The notes beneath the pieces were generated by a model. The model did no database searches, was not told where the DNA came from, and saw nothing but the letters and a program-made list of their open reading frames with translations. From IMG/VR virus record IMGVR_UViG_3300025913_000019: DNA of 64,000 nt; one strand, given 5' to 3'. The stretch is from a virus. Taxonomy: Duplodnaviria > Caudoviricetes. Shown piece by piece: positions 18,788 to 28,414 of the stretch. Within the stretch, counting starts at the first letter, position 1. Each line of letters begins with the position of its first letter. The position numbers and the translations under genes are program-made.

Positions 18788-19156
18788 TCAGCCGTAGTAG
18801 GCGCTCTCTGCGTTCTTCATCAGCATGAAGCCCAGGTTGTAGGCTTCTTCCCAGGTCAGGGCGATGTCCTTGCCCGCGATCTTGAGCTCGATGTTCGGCA
18901 CGCCGTCCATGAGGTTGCCGCCATACTTCTGGTCCATCTCGCGCAGCTTCTTCGAGTCCGGAGTCTCGTCCTCACTGTCGATCATGACGCGCACCTGCGC
19001 GTGACCGCCTTCCTTGGTCTTGAGACCGTAGGTGCCGGTCGACGGACTTCCCGTGAACGTCTTCTTGAACGTCTTGTCCCACGGGATGTTGGTCGCGGTC
19101 ACGACACGTGCGATGGCTGCGGCGACGAGCCGCGACTTTGCTTGCAGTTTGGTCAT
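18788..19156 (-). CDS. Putative internal virion protein with LxAKxRL signal
   Basis: Starts MTKLQAKSRLVAAA; directly after protease. Confidence 0.7.
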   Translation of the reverse strand: MTKLQAKSRLVAAAIARVVTATNIPWDKTFKKTFTGSPSTGTYGLKTKEGGHAQVRVMIDSEDETPDSKKLREMDQKYGGNLMDGVPNIELKIAGKDIALTWEEAYNLGFMLMKNAESAYYG

Positions 19157-19160
19157 GGTG

Positions 19161-19949
19161 TCACCAGCTCATGATGTGGTCGGACATGGCCGAGACCCAG
19201 GCGGGATCGCGGACGATGGAGTACTCGATCGGCGACAGGCCGTGAGCGTTGAGGTACGCGATGCGCTGCTTGCCCATGTAGTCCACGAGCTTCCAGTTGA
19301 CCTCCTTGGTGGAGCCCACGTGGTTGCAGTTCATGAACTTGTTCTCCGTGGCTTCGCGACCGCAGACCGCGCACGAGAACCTGTCAGCCAGCGCACCCAT
19401 CGAGCCGGTCGTGATCTTGCCTTCGAGCAGCTCCTTCGCGATGTCGGGGTACTTGTTCTTGTCGACGCCGACCAGACCCATGACCTTCCAGTGCTTGCCG
19501 CGCCCGAAGTTCGTGATCTTGGTCAGTGCCGTGTCGAACATGACACCGTAGGCCTTGGTCCAGTCCTCGTTGTCGTGCTCGAGGTGAATCGGGCAGCCGG
19601 TCCAGGCCTTGTAGACCTGGCGGTTCATCGGAGGCGGCTGGAAGGCGATGAGCTCTTGCAGCGGGAAGCCGATGCCGTTCCGATTCGGGAAATCCGACGG
19701 GCAGATCGGCATCGACTTCATGATGTAGTCCTCGATGTGAGGACTGATGTGGTACGTCTTTGCCGCGAACGGCAGCCACGTCTCGAAGTCGAGCTTGCGA
19801 ACCATCTCGGCCGCTTCGGTATCCGGCTTCGCATCTGCATCGAAGGCCGGCTCCTCGCTGACGCCCACGCCCTTGATGAGCGTGGCGGCCGTGAGCATGC
19901 GATCACGCTCCTCGCGGTCGAAGTACTGTGCGGGAAAACGGCCACCCAT
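19161..19949 (-). CDS. Prohead maturation protease
   Basis: NRNG..F, PIHLEHD (His), TGSMG (Ser), C..CG...C.H insertion, EYSIVRDPA C-terminal motif. Confidence 0.75.
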   Translation of the reverse strand: MGGRFPAQYFDREERDRMLTAATLIKGVGVSEEPAFDADAKPDTEAAEMVRKLDFETWLPFAAKTYHISPHIEDYIMKSMPICPSDFPNRNGIGFPLQELIAFQPPPMNRQVYKAWTGCPIHLEHDNEDWTKAYGVMFDTALTKITNFGRGKHWKVMGLVGVDKNKYPDIAKELLEGKITTGSMGALADRFSCAVCGREATENKFMNCNHVGSTKEVNWKLVDYMGKQRIAYLNAHGLSPIEYSIVRDPAWVSAMSDHIMSW

Positions 19950-19950
19950 G

Positions 19951-20376
19951 TCAGACTCCTGCGAGGAAGAGCATCGTGCCCTTCTTGGCGAAGGTGATGC
20001 GGAGTGCGGTCGCGACCGGAGTCGTGAGCTTGGAGATGCCGTTGCCGACCGCGACCGTGGTGTCGGGATGCCAGTGGCTCGGCTCGCCAGCCGCAGGAGT
20101 GTCCTGCGAGTGGTTGAGCGCGAGGTCAGGCTCGACCAGCGTGGTATCGATCTGCACGGTGCCGCCGGTGATGGCGGCCGCCTGCGCGAAGATGCCCTGG
20201 TACAGCTGGCCGTTGTGCACCATCAGCGCCGTGATGGGCAGGTAGATGATGTCACCATCGGCATCCGCGACGATGGTGACACGACCGAAGGGGGCGCGCT
20301 GGCGGGCGACGCCCGAGCCGGAGCCCGAAGCGCCGAGGCCACCAGAGCCGCCACCGTTACCGACGATTCGGGCCAT
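19951..20376 (-). CDS. Hypothetical virion protein
   Basis: 141 aa, Gly-rich N-terminus, beta-rich body. Confidence 0.6.
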   Translation of the reverse strand: MARIVGNGGGSGGLGASGSGSGVARQRAPFGRVTIVADADGDIIYLPITALMVHNGQLYQGIFAQAAAITGGTVQIDTTLVEPDLALNHSQDTPAAGEPSHWHPDTTVAVGNGISKLTTPVATALRITFAKKGTMLFLAGV

Positions 20377-20379
20377 GCG

Positions 20380-21129
20380 TTACTCCTTGGTTTCGGTCTG
20401 GTTGGCGGTCGACTCGACGTGCGTCGGATCGGTCGAGGCTTGCACCTGCGAGTCGGCAGCCTGTTGAGCAGCGACCGCAGCGGCCTTCTCGGCTTCCGCA
20501 TCAGCCTTGGCCTTGGCTTCCGCGGCAGCAGCCGCTTCGGCTTCAGCCTTGGCTTGGGCTTCGGCAGCCGCCTGGCGTTCGATCGCAGCCTGGGCTTCCT
20601 GGGCTTCGGCAGCTTGCACCGCAGCAGCTTCGGCTGCGGCCTTCTCGGCGGCAGCGGCTTGCTCGGCTTCTTCCGTCGCTTCGTCTTCTTCGGTGTCGAC
20701 CGGCTGGCCTTCGAAGCTGAAGCCCGGCTGTTCGGCGACGGCGACCGGCGGCGCTTGATGCGCGGCGTGCAGATCGGCGACCGAGATGGTGTTGGCGGTG
20801 GACCCGGGGATCGGATCGGTGTTCAGCAGCGGGCTGTTGTTCAGCGGCGGCTCCACGATCTTCTTCCCGGTCTCGGGGTCGAAGCGGTCCTTCGCCTTCT
20901 CTTCGACCTTGGCCACGAGGTGCGTGACGCCGGAGACCAGCGCGTGCGCGCCCTTGGCCAGCTCGGCCTCGAACTCGTGGAAGTTGTCGCCGATGTGGCC
21001 CATCCCGATGTTGGTCAGGTAGTCACGAGCCATCTGGAACTCGTGCTTGAGGAAGCCTTCGCCTTCGGAGATCAGAAAGCCGGCTTCGGCCATCGCCTTC
21101 TTCAGCGGAATCACAGAGAGATTCGACAT
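20380..21129 (-). CDS. Ala/Glu-rich hypothetical protein
   Basis: 249 aa; AAAE/AEAK helical low-complexity C-half; AAGGA SD. Confidence 0.65.
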   Translation of the reverse strand: MSNLSVIPLKKAMAEAGFLISEGEGFLKHEFQMARDYLTNIGMGHIGDNFHEFEAELAKGAHALVSGVTHLVAKVEEKAKDRFDPETGKKIVEPPLNNSPLLNTDPIPGSTANTISVADLHAAHQAPPVAVAEQPGFSFEGQPVDTEEDEATEEAEQAAAAEKAAAEAAAVQAAEAQEAQAAIERQAAAEAQAKAEAEAAAAAEAKAKADAEAEKAAAVAAQQAADSQVQASTDPTHVESTANQTETKE

Positions 21130-21158
21130 GTCACAGTCCTTTGTGTGGATCAGAGAGC

Positions 21159-21180
21159 GGGTGAGACCGTAGTCCCACCC
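21159..21180 (-). other. 5-prime leader hairpin with UACG tetraloop
   Basis: mRNA GGGUGGGAC-UACG-GUCUCACCC just downstream of the AATTTCATG motif. Confidence 0.5.
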
Positions 21181-21186
21181 TGTCTC

Positions 21187-21200
21187 ATGAAATTGCGGTC
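21187..21200 (-). promoter_or_regulatory. Candidate late promoter GACCGCAATTTCAT(G)
   Basis: Exact match to 6656-6669. Confidence 0.6.
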
Positions 21201-24200
21201 AGCCCTTGCGACCACGACGTTGCGGTTGCACTTCTTCTTCGTCCTCGCCTCCAGCCTCCGGCGCAGCATCGACTCGGAAATCGAGCGTGTCGTCATCCTT
21301 CGGCACCAGCTTCTTGACCTTCTTCGCCTGCAGCTTCAGCTCGTCGCCGTTCATGACCTTGACGCCGGCTTGCAGCAGTTGGTTGATGACCTTGGCTGCA
21401 CCGCTGAGATTGTTGACGAAGACCGACAGGGTCGGATCGGCCAGGCGCCACGTCATGCCCGGCACCTTGTAGCGGCTGGAGGTCGCCAGCTTGGTGCCGG
21501 GGAAACCGCCGCCGTAGGGCAGACACATGTAGGCGACACCGAAGTTCGGGTTGACCCCGTTCTTCTCGGCTTCACGGATCGCGATCGGGTCGGTGTCGCC
21601 ACCGTCGGTCACGAGTGCGAAGAGGCAGAGGCTCTTCTTGTCGGCACGCGGCTTGAACTCCTGCCGCATGTAGTTGCGGAAGTTGCCACCAGCCATGAGC
21701 CGCGCGTAGCGCCGGGAAGTCGCGATGTTGCCACCGGTCAGTTCCTGCGTCAGCACGTCGAACGCGTCGTTGTCGACCTTGTCGTCGACCTCGAAGCCGG
21801 CTTCGGCCCACACTTCAGCCTGCTTGAGGAGCACGCGCGCATTCTTGATACGCGCTTGCATGTAGGCCGGATCGCGACGGAAGCCCACGGCCTCGAGTGC
21901 CTTGACCGCCGACTGGTTCGTGCCGATGTCGTAGGTGAGACGCATGTAGCCGTTCAGCATCGACAGCTGCAGCCCGATGCTCATCTTCGACTTGCGGTCG
22001 AGGATCTTCACCTGGTTCTTCAGCTTCTCCTTCTCTTCGGCCTTCTTCTTCAGGTCGATCTGGCGCTGGCTGATCTTCGCCTGCTTGACGACCAAGCCCG
22101 GCACCGTGATCGGCGCGGTCATTTCCAGACCGGCCGCCTGCGCGATCTTGTTGCGCATGTCGATGCCATTGGTCTCGGTCCGAGTCATGACGAAGACGTT
22201 GGTGGCCTTGAGACCACGCGCCTTGGACCCGTCTTCGAGCAGCACGTGAACGCGAGAGATGAAGTTGCCCTTGCCGAGTGCAGCAGCGCCGAAGATCGTG
22301 CCGTCGCCGAACTCGCAGTGGCATCGCATGCCCATGACCTTGGCACGCTGAGCCTTGATGACGGCGCTGTCCTTCGAGTCGTCATCGTCGTCGCCGGTCG
22401 GCACCTCGTCCTCGTCGTCCTCGCCGGTGAGTTCCATGCCCAGGTAGTTGTCGACCCGGACCAGGCCCATCTCCGACGCCTTGTAGAGCTCGGTACCCTG
22501 GGCGTAAGGCACGCGAGCCAGCAGTGCCGCACCCGGAGGTGTAGGCGCTTGTGCGACTTGCGTGAACTTGAAGCCGCCCTCGGCAATCATCTTCTCCTTG
22601 TACTCGCGGTTCTCGGCCTTCACCGTCTCGCTGAGCATCTCCATCGAGTCCTTGTAGGCAGCAAGGTTCGAGTCGAAGTCGTTCATCGTGACGATGGTGT
22701 CCAGCGTCATCGGAATGACGGGGATCTCCGGGATCGCCTGGTAGTTCGGGTTCGTCGGGTTGTCGAACTTCGCGAGCTGCACGATCTTGGCACGCAGGCG
22801 CGCGGCCTTCGTGATGTCGATCGTCTTGTCAGCCACGATGGTGTCGAAGATCAGCTCTTCGCGCTTGTCGCCGCCCTTCGAGAAGTTCGGGCGTTCGATA
22901 CGCGAGTCACCTTGCTCCTGTTCACCCGGCGTCCACACGCCTTCCATGCGGATCAGCATGCCGGCCTGCTGCAGATTCAGACCGACTTCCAAGCTCTTGC
23001 GGATGCCGATCATCCAGCGGATCTTCGGATCTTTCTTGAAGGCGTTGACCATCTCGGTCTTGCTGCTGGTCTTGTAGAGCAGCCCGCAAGCCTTGAGGTC
23101 GTCAGGCATCGCCTCGAACAGCGAGTCGGTGGACTCGTTGTAGTTGGTGAAGACCAGAGCCTTCGAGTCGTGCGTGTCGAGGTACTCGCGCAGTCGACGC
23201 GCCAGCAGCAGCGCCTTCGGGCTCTTGAGGTCGTCGCCCGAGAGCGGCGGCACACGTTGGCCTTCAGCGTTGATGAAGCCGTTCTTGGCGTACGGATGGA
23301 AGGCCGGGTTCGTGACGAAGCGCTCGATGTCGGCCAGGTACGGCTGGATGGCCGGACCGATGTCGTCCACGTCGTCTTCCGAGTCGTCGTCGGCATCCGG
23401 GTTCACGTCGCCGAGGTCGCCGAACTTCTCTTCGTCCTCGGCAGTCGCCTTCTTGCCCGTCAGCTTCTCCAGAAGTGCCTTCGCGTTCTTGTCGGTCTCG
23501 GCGGCCTTGCGGATGCTCGAGATCATGTCGTCGAAGATCGCGTCGTACATCTCCTTCTGCCGAGGCGTCAGCGTCACCATGGAGAACTGGTCGGAGCGCG
23601 GGGGCAGGGCGCAAGCCCATTCCTTGCGCTTCGCCGGCGCCCACACCACAGTCTCCTTCAGCTTCGACAGCACGGTCGAGACCGCATTCGGGCCGGTCTG
23701 GTTCCACTGCAGCACGCGCTGACCGCTGATCTTCGCGCCGTACTTCTCGTTGAACTGCGCACGGGTGCCGAAGACCGTCGGGTCCAGGATAGCCATCTGG
23801 CCGGGGAGGTCGGACGGCGAATCCGGGTTCATCGTGCCCGAAGCGATGCGCTTCTTCTTGATGTCGGCGACCAGGGTCATCACCGACTTCATGCGAGCCG
23901 AGCCCGTGTTGCGCAGGAAGTGCGATTCGTCCATGAGGACGTAGCCAGGCTGGAACTGACGAATCAGGTCGATGACCGGGTAGACCGTGATGGTCGACGT
24001 GCCGTAGACGGTCGCGCGCGAGCGGAACTTCAGCGCGTCGTAGTCGACCACCAGGATGGTGTTGATCGGCGCCGCTTCCATGATCTCCTTCAGGCGCGGG
24101 AGGCCCGAAGTGCGCACGTTGTAGCTCGTGATCGGAATCACGTTGATCTTGCCGTCGGTGAACTCGACGATTTCCGACACGTAGTTGGCCACCAGGTGGC

Positions 24201-26073
24201 TGGGGCACATCACGAGGTAGGGCGACGACTCGCCGTGCGCGATCTCGTACAGGATGTCCGTGATCGCCAGCATCGACTTGCCACCACCGGCGTCGACCGG
24301 CCACGCAGCGAGGTCAGGACGACCGCGCATGATGTTGCGGATCTTGGCTTGGTGGGGCAGAAGACCCGACTCTTCCTCGCTGAACTTGCGCGTCAGCAGC
24401 GGGGCTGCCGGCGGAGTCCAGTTCTTGTCCACGCCTTGCAGAGCGGCCGGCTTGTTGATGGCCGCGGCCTGCACCGTCGTCGTGGCGAGATCAGCGCCGT
24501 AGGCAGCGAGCACCTGGATCTGACCCAGCTGGTCGGTCATCGTGGTCACGGCGTACTTGACGAACAGCGACTCGATGTTCCTCACCATCGTGGCCGCGAG
24601 CGTGACGATGAACCGTGCGACGGGCTGGATCGCGAGCTCGGCTTCCACGTCAGGCGAGTTGTGGTCGCCTCCAACGACGTTGAGGCTGTCCATCAGCCAG
24701 TAGCCGGTCATGAACTGCGCGTTCGTCAGCTCGTAGTACTGCTTGAAGGCGAACTTCGCGTAGTCCTCGATGCTGAGGTCGTCGCTCGCGCCGGGGAAGT
24801 CCTCGATCTTGGCGCCGTAGTTCCGGGCCACGATGCTCAGGTTGCAGGCCTCCGCGTAGTGGCTCATGCGCGTGATGAATGCATCCGGGATCGGGCGCTT
24901 CAGCAGGTTCATGGCCATCGACGCGTTGCACTTGCGCATGTGCGCCAGGTCGAGAACTTGCGGCTTGCCGGTCGAGTCCGAGTACGTGAACTTGTTGTTC
25001 ACCCAGTCGGTCAGGATCGGGATGTTGATCGGGAGCTGCGGCTTGCCAGCCGAGCCCATCCGGCGCAGCGCGAACTCGCCGTCACCTTGTTGACCGGCAG
25101 CGCTGAACATGGACTCGTACTTGTTCGTGTTGTTGCAGGCACGCGGAATCCAGATCGGCTCGCCCTTCAGGTTGATGGTGATGTTGTTCTCGTCCACGCG
25201 CTCGTCGGACTCGAGATGCTTCGGCAGCGTCTCGGCGATGCGAGAGATCGAGGTCGCGCTCTTGCCGTACTGACGGCTGACGTACTCGGCCTCGACCCAC
25301 ATCGTGAACAGCGGGTACAGGTCGACCGGACGGATCTCGGCCCAGTCGGTCGAGATCAGGTAGCAGGCCTCGACCGGCTTGATGACGAACTCGAGGAAGA
25401 TCGTGACATGGCGGCTGTCAACCTGGTAGCCGACGCCGCGCAGGCACTGGCTGAACATCGTGGTCGCGTCGGCCTTGATGCCGGCCTTGGCCACGACCTG
25501 CGAACCCGGGAACAGGGTGTACTGCGGAGTCTCGGATGTGAGGCCGGCCTGGCAGACTTCGATGTACTTGTTGCGGGCTTCGTCGGTCATGGACTCGCCG
25601 CCGAACAGCTGCAGCACGAAGTCGACCGATTCAGGGCTCGCAGTCGTCAGCTGGACGACCGGCAGCTTCAGCAGGAAGTGCGAGTCGTTGCCGGCGTTGA
25701 CCTTGCGCAGCGACGTGTACTGGTTCAGGCCCCAGTCGATGCGCTTCTTCTCCCACTCGGCGATGGCCTGGTTGAGGTTCTTGCGCTCCTTGCGCTGCTC
25801 CGGCGTCTTGGCGGCAGGCATCTTGCCGACCGGCATGGCCGACATGTTCATCAGCGGTGCGAAGGCGAGCTTCAGCATCGTCTTGCGCGGGTCACCGCTG
25901 TACATCCAGTTGAAGACACCGAGGAAGCCCTGCTGCTTCTGCTCCTTGGTGACGTCGAACTGGCTGTTGGGTACCAGGTTCGTGCGCGGCCGCTTCACCA
26001 GGGCCGCCCTGAGCTTGCTAACGGGCAACGGCAGGAGCGGTTGGCCGATGCGTTCCGATGCGATGGCGTTCAT
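21199..26073 (-). CDS. Large SNF2-family helicase/translocase
   Basis: About 1624 aa from ATG 26073 (AGAGGA SD); motif I DAGGGKS, II MDESH, III ASGT, VI QGDSRIER. Confidence 0.85.
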   Translation of the reverse strand: MNAIASERIGQPLLPLPVSKLRAALVKRPRTNLVPNSQFDVTKEQKQQGFLGVFNWMYSGDPRKTMLKLAFAPLMNMSAMPVGKMPAAKTPEQRKERKNLNQAIAEWEKKRIDWGLNQYTSLRKVNAGNDSHFLLKLPVVQLTTASPESVDFVLQLFGGESMTDEARNKYIEVCQAGLTSETPQYTLFPGSQVVAKAGIKADATTMFSQCLRGVGYQVDSRHVTIFLEFVIKPVEACYLISTDWAEIRPVDLYPLFTMWVEAEYVSRQYGKSATSISRIAETLPKHLESDERVDENNITINLKGEPIWIPRACNNTNKYESMFSAAGQQGDGEFALRRMGSAGKPQLPINIPILTDWVNNKFTYSDSTGKPQVLDLAHMRKCNASMAMNLLKRPIPDAFITRMSHYAEACNLSIVARNYGAKIEDFPGASDDLSIEDYAKFAFKQYYELTNAQFMTGYWLMDSLNVVGGDHNSPDVEAELAIQPVARFIVTLAATMVRNIESLFVKYAVTTMTDQLGQIQVLAAYGADLATTTVQAAAINKPAALQGVDKNWTPPAAPLLTRKFSEEESGLLPHQAKIRNIMRGRPDLAAWPVDAGGGKSMLAITDILYEIAHGESSPYLVMCPSHLVANYVSEIVEFTDGKINVIPITSYNVRTSGLPRLKEIMEAAPINTILVVDYDALKFRSRATVYGTSTITVYPVIDLIRQFQPGYVLMDESHFLRNTGSARMKSVMTLVADIKKKRIASGTMNPDSPSDLPGQMAILDPTVFGTRAQFNEKYGAKISGQRVLQWNQTGPNAVSTVLSKLKETVVWAPAKRKEWACALPPRSDQFSMVTLTPRQKEMYDAIFDDMISSIRKAAETDKNAKALLEKLTGKKATAEDEEKFGDLGDVNPDADDDSEDDVDDIGPAIQPYLADIERFVTNPAFHPYAKNGFINAEGQRVPPLSGDDLKSPKALLLARRLREYLDTHDSKALVFTNYNESTDSLFEAMPDDLKACGLLYKTSSKTEMVNAFKKDPKIRWMIGIRKSLEVGLNLQQAGMLIRMEGVWTPGEQEQGDSRIERPNFSKGGDKREELIFDTIVADKTIDITKAARLRAKIVQLAKFDNPTNPNYQAIPEIPVIPMTLDTIVTMNDFDSNLAAYKDSMEMLSETVKAENREYKEKMIAEGGFKFTQVAQAPTPPGAALLARVPYAQGTELYKASEMGLVRVDNYLGMELTGEDDEDEVPTGDDDDDSKDSAVIKAQRAKVMGMRCHCEFGDGTIFGAAALGKGNFISRVHVLLEDGSKARGLKATNVFVMTRTETNGIDMRNKIAQAAGLEMTAPITVPGLVVKQAKISQRQIDLKKKAEEKEKLKNQVKILDRKSKMSIGLQLSMLNGYMRLTYDIGTNQSAVKALEAVGFRRDPAYMQARIKNARVLLKQAEVWAEAGFEVDDKVDNDAFDVLTQELTGGNIATSRRYARLMAGGNFRNYMRQEFKPRADKKSLCLFALVTDGGDTDPIAIREAEKNGVNPNFGVAYMCLPYGGGFPGTKLATSSRYKVPGMTWRLADPTLSVFVNNLSGAAKVINQLLQAGVKVMNGDELKLQAKKVKKLVPKDDDTLDFRVDAAPEAGGEDEEEVQPQRRGRKG

Positions 26074-26383
26074 TGAATTCCTCTTTGGACTTGATGATGG
26101 CCTGGAAGTCATCCAGTGTCTTGATTTCGTCGCCTCGGAGTTGTCCCTCCCGAAACGCGAGATAGAGTTCCTTGTACCTGCGGGCCGCGAGCGGACTGAG
26201 GCTGAGCAGGAACGGTGCATCCCGGAGTTCAGCCTTCATGATCTTGAACTTGGGATGCGTGATTGGGTAGCCGCGCCGCTTCAGGAAATCATTCTTGGCG
26301 TGGTCGAGTGCCTGCTTGAAGCTGGTGCCCGCGCATTCGCCAGACGCTCCCTGGTAGCGGTAGTCGAAGCTGACGTAGGTCAT
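26018..26383 (-). CDS. Hypothetical protein
   Basis: ATG 26383 overlapping upstream stop; AGGAG SD. Confidence 0.55.
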   Translation of the reverse strand: MTYVSFDYRYQGASGECAGTSFKQALDHAKNDFLKRRGYPITHPKFKIMKAELRDAPFLLSLSPLAARRYKELYLAFREGQLRGDEIKTLDDFQAIIKSKEEFNERHRIGTHRPTAPAVAR

Positions 26384-27072
26384 AGGTGTCGCACTCCTGT
26401 CGAGTCGCGAGCTCGGTACGTGTTCATCAGCGGCTTCCACAGCTCATCGAGGATGAACTGCTCCTTGGCACGGAGATCGGGACCCGTGTTCATGCCTGGC
26501 GCGTAGACCGGCACGAGCGGCGCCCTGATTTCGTAGCCGATGAACCACTGCCGTGGATTCAGGGTCTCGCGGTTGTAGACGAAGACGAGCAGACCAGGGT
26601 CGAGCTCGCACCGGTAGCGGCGCTCCGAATCGCGGATGCGGCTGAACCTGTAACCGCCGGGCATACGGAACAGCCGGGTGTGCCACTCGGGGTCTTCGAT
26701 CTTGAACTGCGCTTGCACGAGGATCGAGAAGCCGTAGCTCTCGATTCGGGCCTGCCGCTCCAAGTTGTGCCACGGGCTCAGGCCCCGCATCAGTCGGCTC
26801 ACATTCAAGAACCTGACCAGGTGCCGGCGCTGGGTCCAGAGGTAGTTCCTGATTGCGATGTTGGTGTCCGCTTCCGGCATCACAAATGGCAACAGGCCAG
26901 CCGATTTACAACCCTCCTTGTAGCGTTGGAGAGCGGTAACCCATGCTGACCGTGTGTCGGAGGGAAGACCCGAGCACGCTGCAAACCAGATATTTACAGC
27001 GTGCGGGTTGAAGTTGTGCGGGAAGTCCAGAGGCCCTGGTGGCCGCTGGAGCAGCTTCGAGTACGGGCCCAT
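26380..27072 (-). CDS. Hypothetical protein
   Basis: 230-aa ORF; 5-prime part has atypical codons and contains GTAAATA. Confidence 0.6.
   Translation of the reverse strand: MGPYSKLLQRPPGPLDFPHNFNPHAVNIWFAACSGLPSDTRSAWVTALQRYKEGCKSAGLLPFVMPEADTNIAIRNYLWTQRRHLVRFLNVSRLMRGLSPWHNLERQARIESYGFSILVQAQFKIEDPEWHTRLFRMPGGYRFSRIRDSERRYRCELDPGLLVFVYNRETLNPRQWFIGYEIRAPLVPVYAPGMNTGPDLRAKEQFILDELWKPLMNTYRARDSTGVRHL
26991..26997 (-). promoter_or_regulatory. Candidate internal GTAAATA promoter
   Basis: GCTGTAAATA inside a CDS, same 10-mer as at 60943-60952. Confidence 0.35.
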
Positions 27073-27081
27073 GTGGGACTC

Positions 27082-27834
27082 CTAGATGGTGGGAGGGCCT
27101 TGGCTCACGTCGTCGATGAGGAGCGGCTGATCGGTCGGCGGCTCGACGCCACCGTCGTTGTTCGTCAGCTCCTGCACGACCGGCTCGTCTTCCTCGTCGT
27201 CGCCGTCGATGAGCATGTCGAAGGCCGCGCCGTCGGAGATCGGATCTTCGGTCGACGCCAGCGTCTTCGCATTCGCCATGGCGATCACCTCGTCGTCGCT
27301 GAGCGGTCGGCCGGCTTCGGCCTCGAGTTCCGCGCGATAGCGCTTGCCGGCTTCACGCACCTCGGCTTCGGTGAAGAGGCGGCTGGCCGTCGTGTCGAGC
27401 TTCAGCGGGTCTTCGCCGTTCGGATCAGCGGGATCGACGTCGCCTTCCATGATGCACGGCTGCTGCGCGGAGCTCGTGTCGGCGCCCAGGATCACGTCGT
27501 CTGCGGCTTCCGCCTCGTGGTCTGTGGCGGGCAGGTCGCTCGGGTTCGAGGTCGGCAGCGATCCGAAGTCCGACGTGTCGTTGGCCGTGACCGGCTTGGA
27601 CGCGCGCTCGAGCTCGGAGATCAGGTTCTCGTAAGCGGTCACCGCATCGGTGTGACCACGGGCCTTTGCGGCGGCGTGACCACGGCGTGCATCACCCAGC
27701 TCGGTCTCGATCACGCGCCGCGAGTCGTCATCGACGCTGGCGAAGAAGGTGGCCGAGTTGGACACGGGCTGCGTCGGCTGGTCGTAGGTCGAGCTGGCGA
27801 GCAGGCGTTGCTTGGCTTGGAGTTCGAGATTCAT
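27082..27834 (-). CDS. Acidic putative internal virion protein with LxAKxRL signal
   Basis: Starts MNLELQAKQRLLASS; Asp/Glu-rich. Confidence 0.7.
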   Translation of the reverse strand: MNLELQAKQRLLASSTYDQPTQPVSNSATFFASVDDDSRRVIETELGDARRGHAAAKARGHTDAVTAYENLISELERASKPVTANDTSDFGSLPTSNPSDLPATDHEAEAADDVILGADTSSAQQPCIMEGDVDPADPNGEDPLKLDTTASRLFTEAEVREAGKRYRAELEAEAGRPLSDDEVIAMANAKTLASTEDPISDGAAFDMLIDGDDEEDEPVVQELTNNDGGVEPPTDQPLLIDDVSQGPPTI

Positions 27835-28034
27835 TTGCTGTGATCCCAGTGTTTGGAGGTCTCGGCGAACTCAGCCATCTTTGCGGGATGGCCGCCGGCC
27901 GCCTTGCCTTTCGCGATGTCCGCTTCGGTGATGGGTTCGTCCTCGCTCTTGCCCAGCCACTTGTGGAAGTCGCCGTGCTTGATGGGGCCGATCTTGGCCA
28001 TGAGCCTGGACTTGGCTTTGAGCTGGAGGATCAT
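27831..28034 (-). CDS. Small protein with LxAKxRL signal
   Basis: Starts MILQLKAKSRLMA at 28034; GAGG SD. Confidence 0.65.
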   Translation of the reverse strand: MILQLKAKSRLMAKIGPIKHGDFHKWLGKSEDEPITEADIAKGKAAGGHPAKMAEFAETSKHWDHSK

Positions 28035-28041
28035 CTTGACC

Positions 28042-28401
28042 TCACGGGCGATAGGGTTTGAGGGCGGGTTTGCGACCCCACGGGTTCTTCGGCTTCGGCC
28101 GCTCGTGGTTGCCACGCTGCAGGTGCGTGTGTCGCGCGTCGTGGCAAGCGCCGCAAAGCGTGATGAGATTGCTCATGGTCGTGGTGCCACCGGCAGACAG
28201 CTTCAGGATGTGGTGGACGTCCTTTCCAGGTGCTCCACACGCACGGCCTGAGCGCCGGTCTTGGCACTTGCCATCGTCGCGATCCCACACACGCTTGCGA
28301 ATCTCCCACCAGTCGGTTTGCGTGGTCGAGTAGGACTCACGCTGAATGCGGGCGGTGCCATCAGCACGCCGGCGGACGTTGGGTCTGCGTTGCATGACCA
28401 T
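28042..28401 (-). CDS. HNH endonuclease
   Basis: RD..KC...C, VHHI....GG....NLITLCGACHD..H. Confidence 0.9.
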   Translation of the reverse strand: MVMQRRPNVRRRADGTARIQRESYSTTQTDWWEIRKRVWDRDDGKCQDRRSGRACGAPGKDVHHILKLSAGGTTTMSNLITLCGACHDARHTHLQRGNHERPKPKNPWGRKPALKPYRP

Positions 28402-28407
28402 AAAATT
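28399..28407 (-). promoter_or_regulatory. Candidate late promoter AATTTTATG overlapping HNH start codon
   Basis: CCAATTTTATG; ATG is in frame with the HNH ORF. Confidence 0.55.
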
Positions 28408-28414
28408 GGACCTT

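Noticed and set aside
20460-20700. Repetitive GCAGCC/GGCTTC-rich DNA as tandem repeat or CRISPR
   Set aside because: Encodes Ala/Glu/Lys low-complexity protein; no fixed repeat-spacer period.
19747-26076. 2109-aa plus-strand ORF, and similar long ones (10455-12851, 15499-17775, 46043-48007, 57895-60687)
   Set aside because: Antisense shadows of GC3-rich real genes; no motifs, and R/V/G/L-skewed composition.
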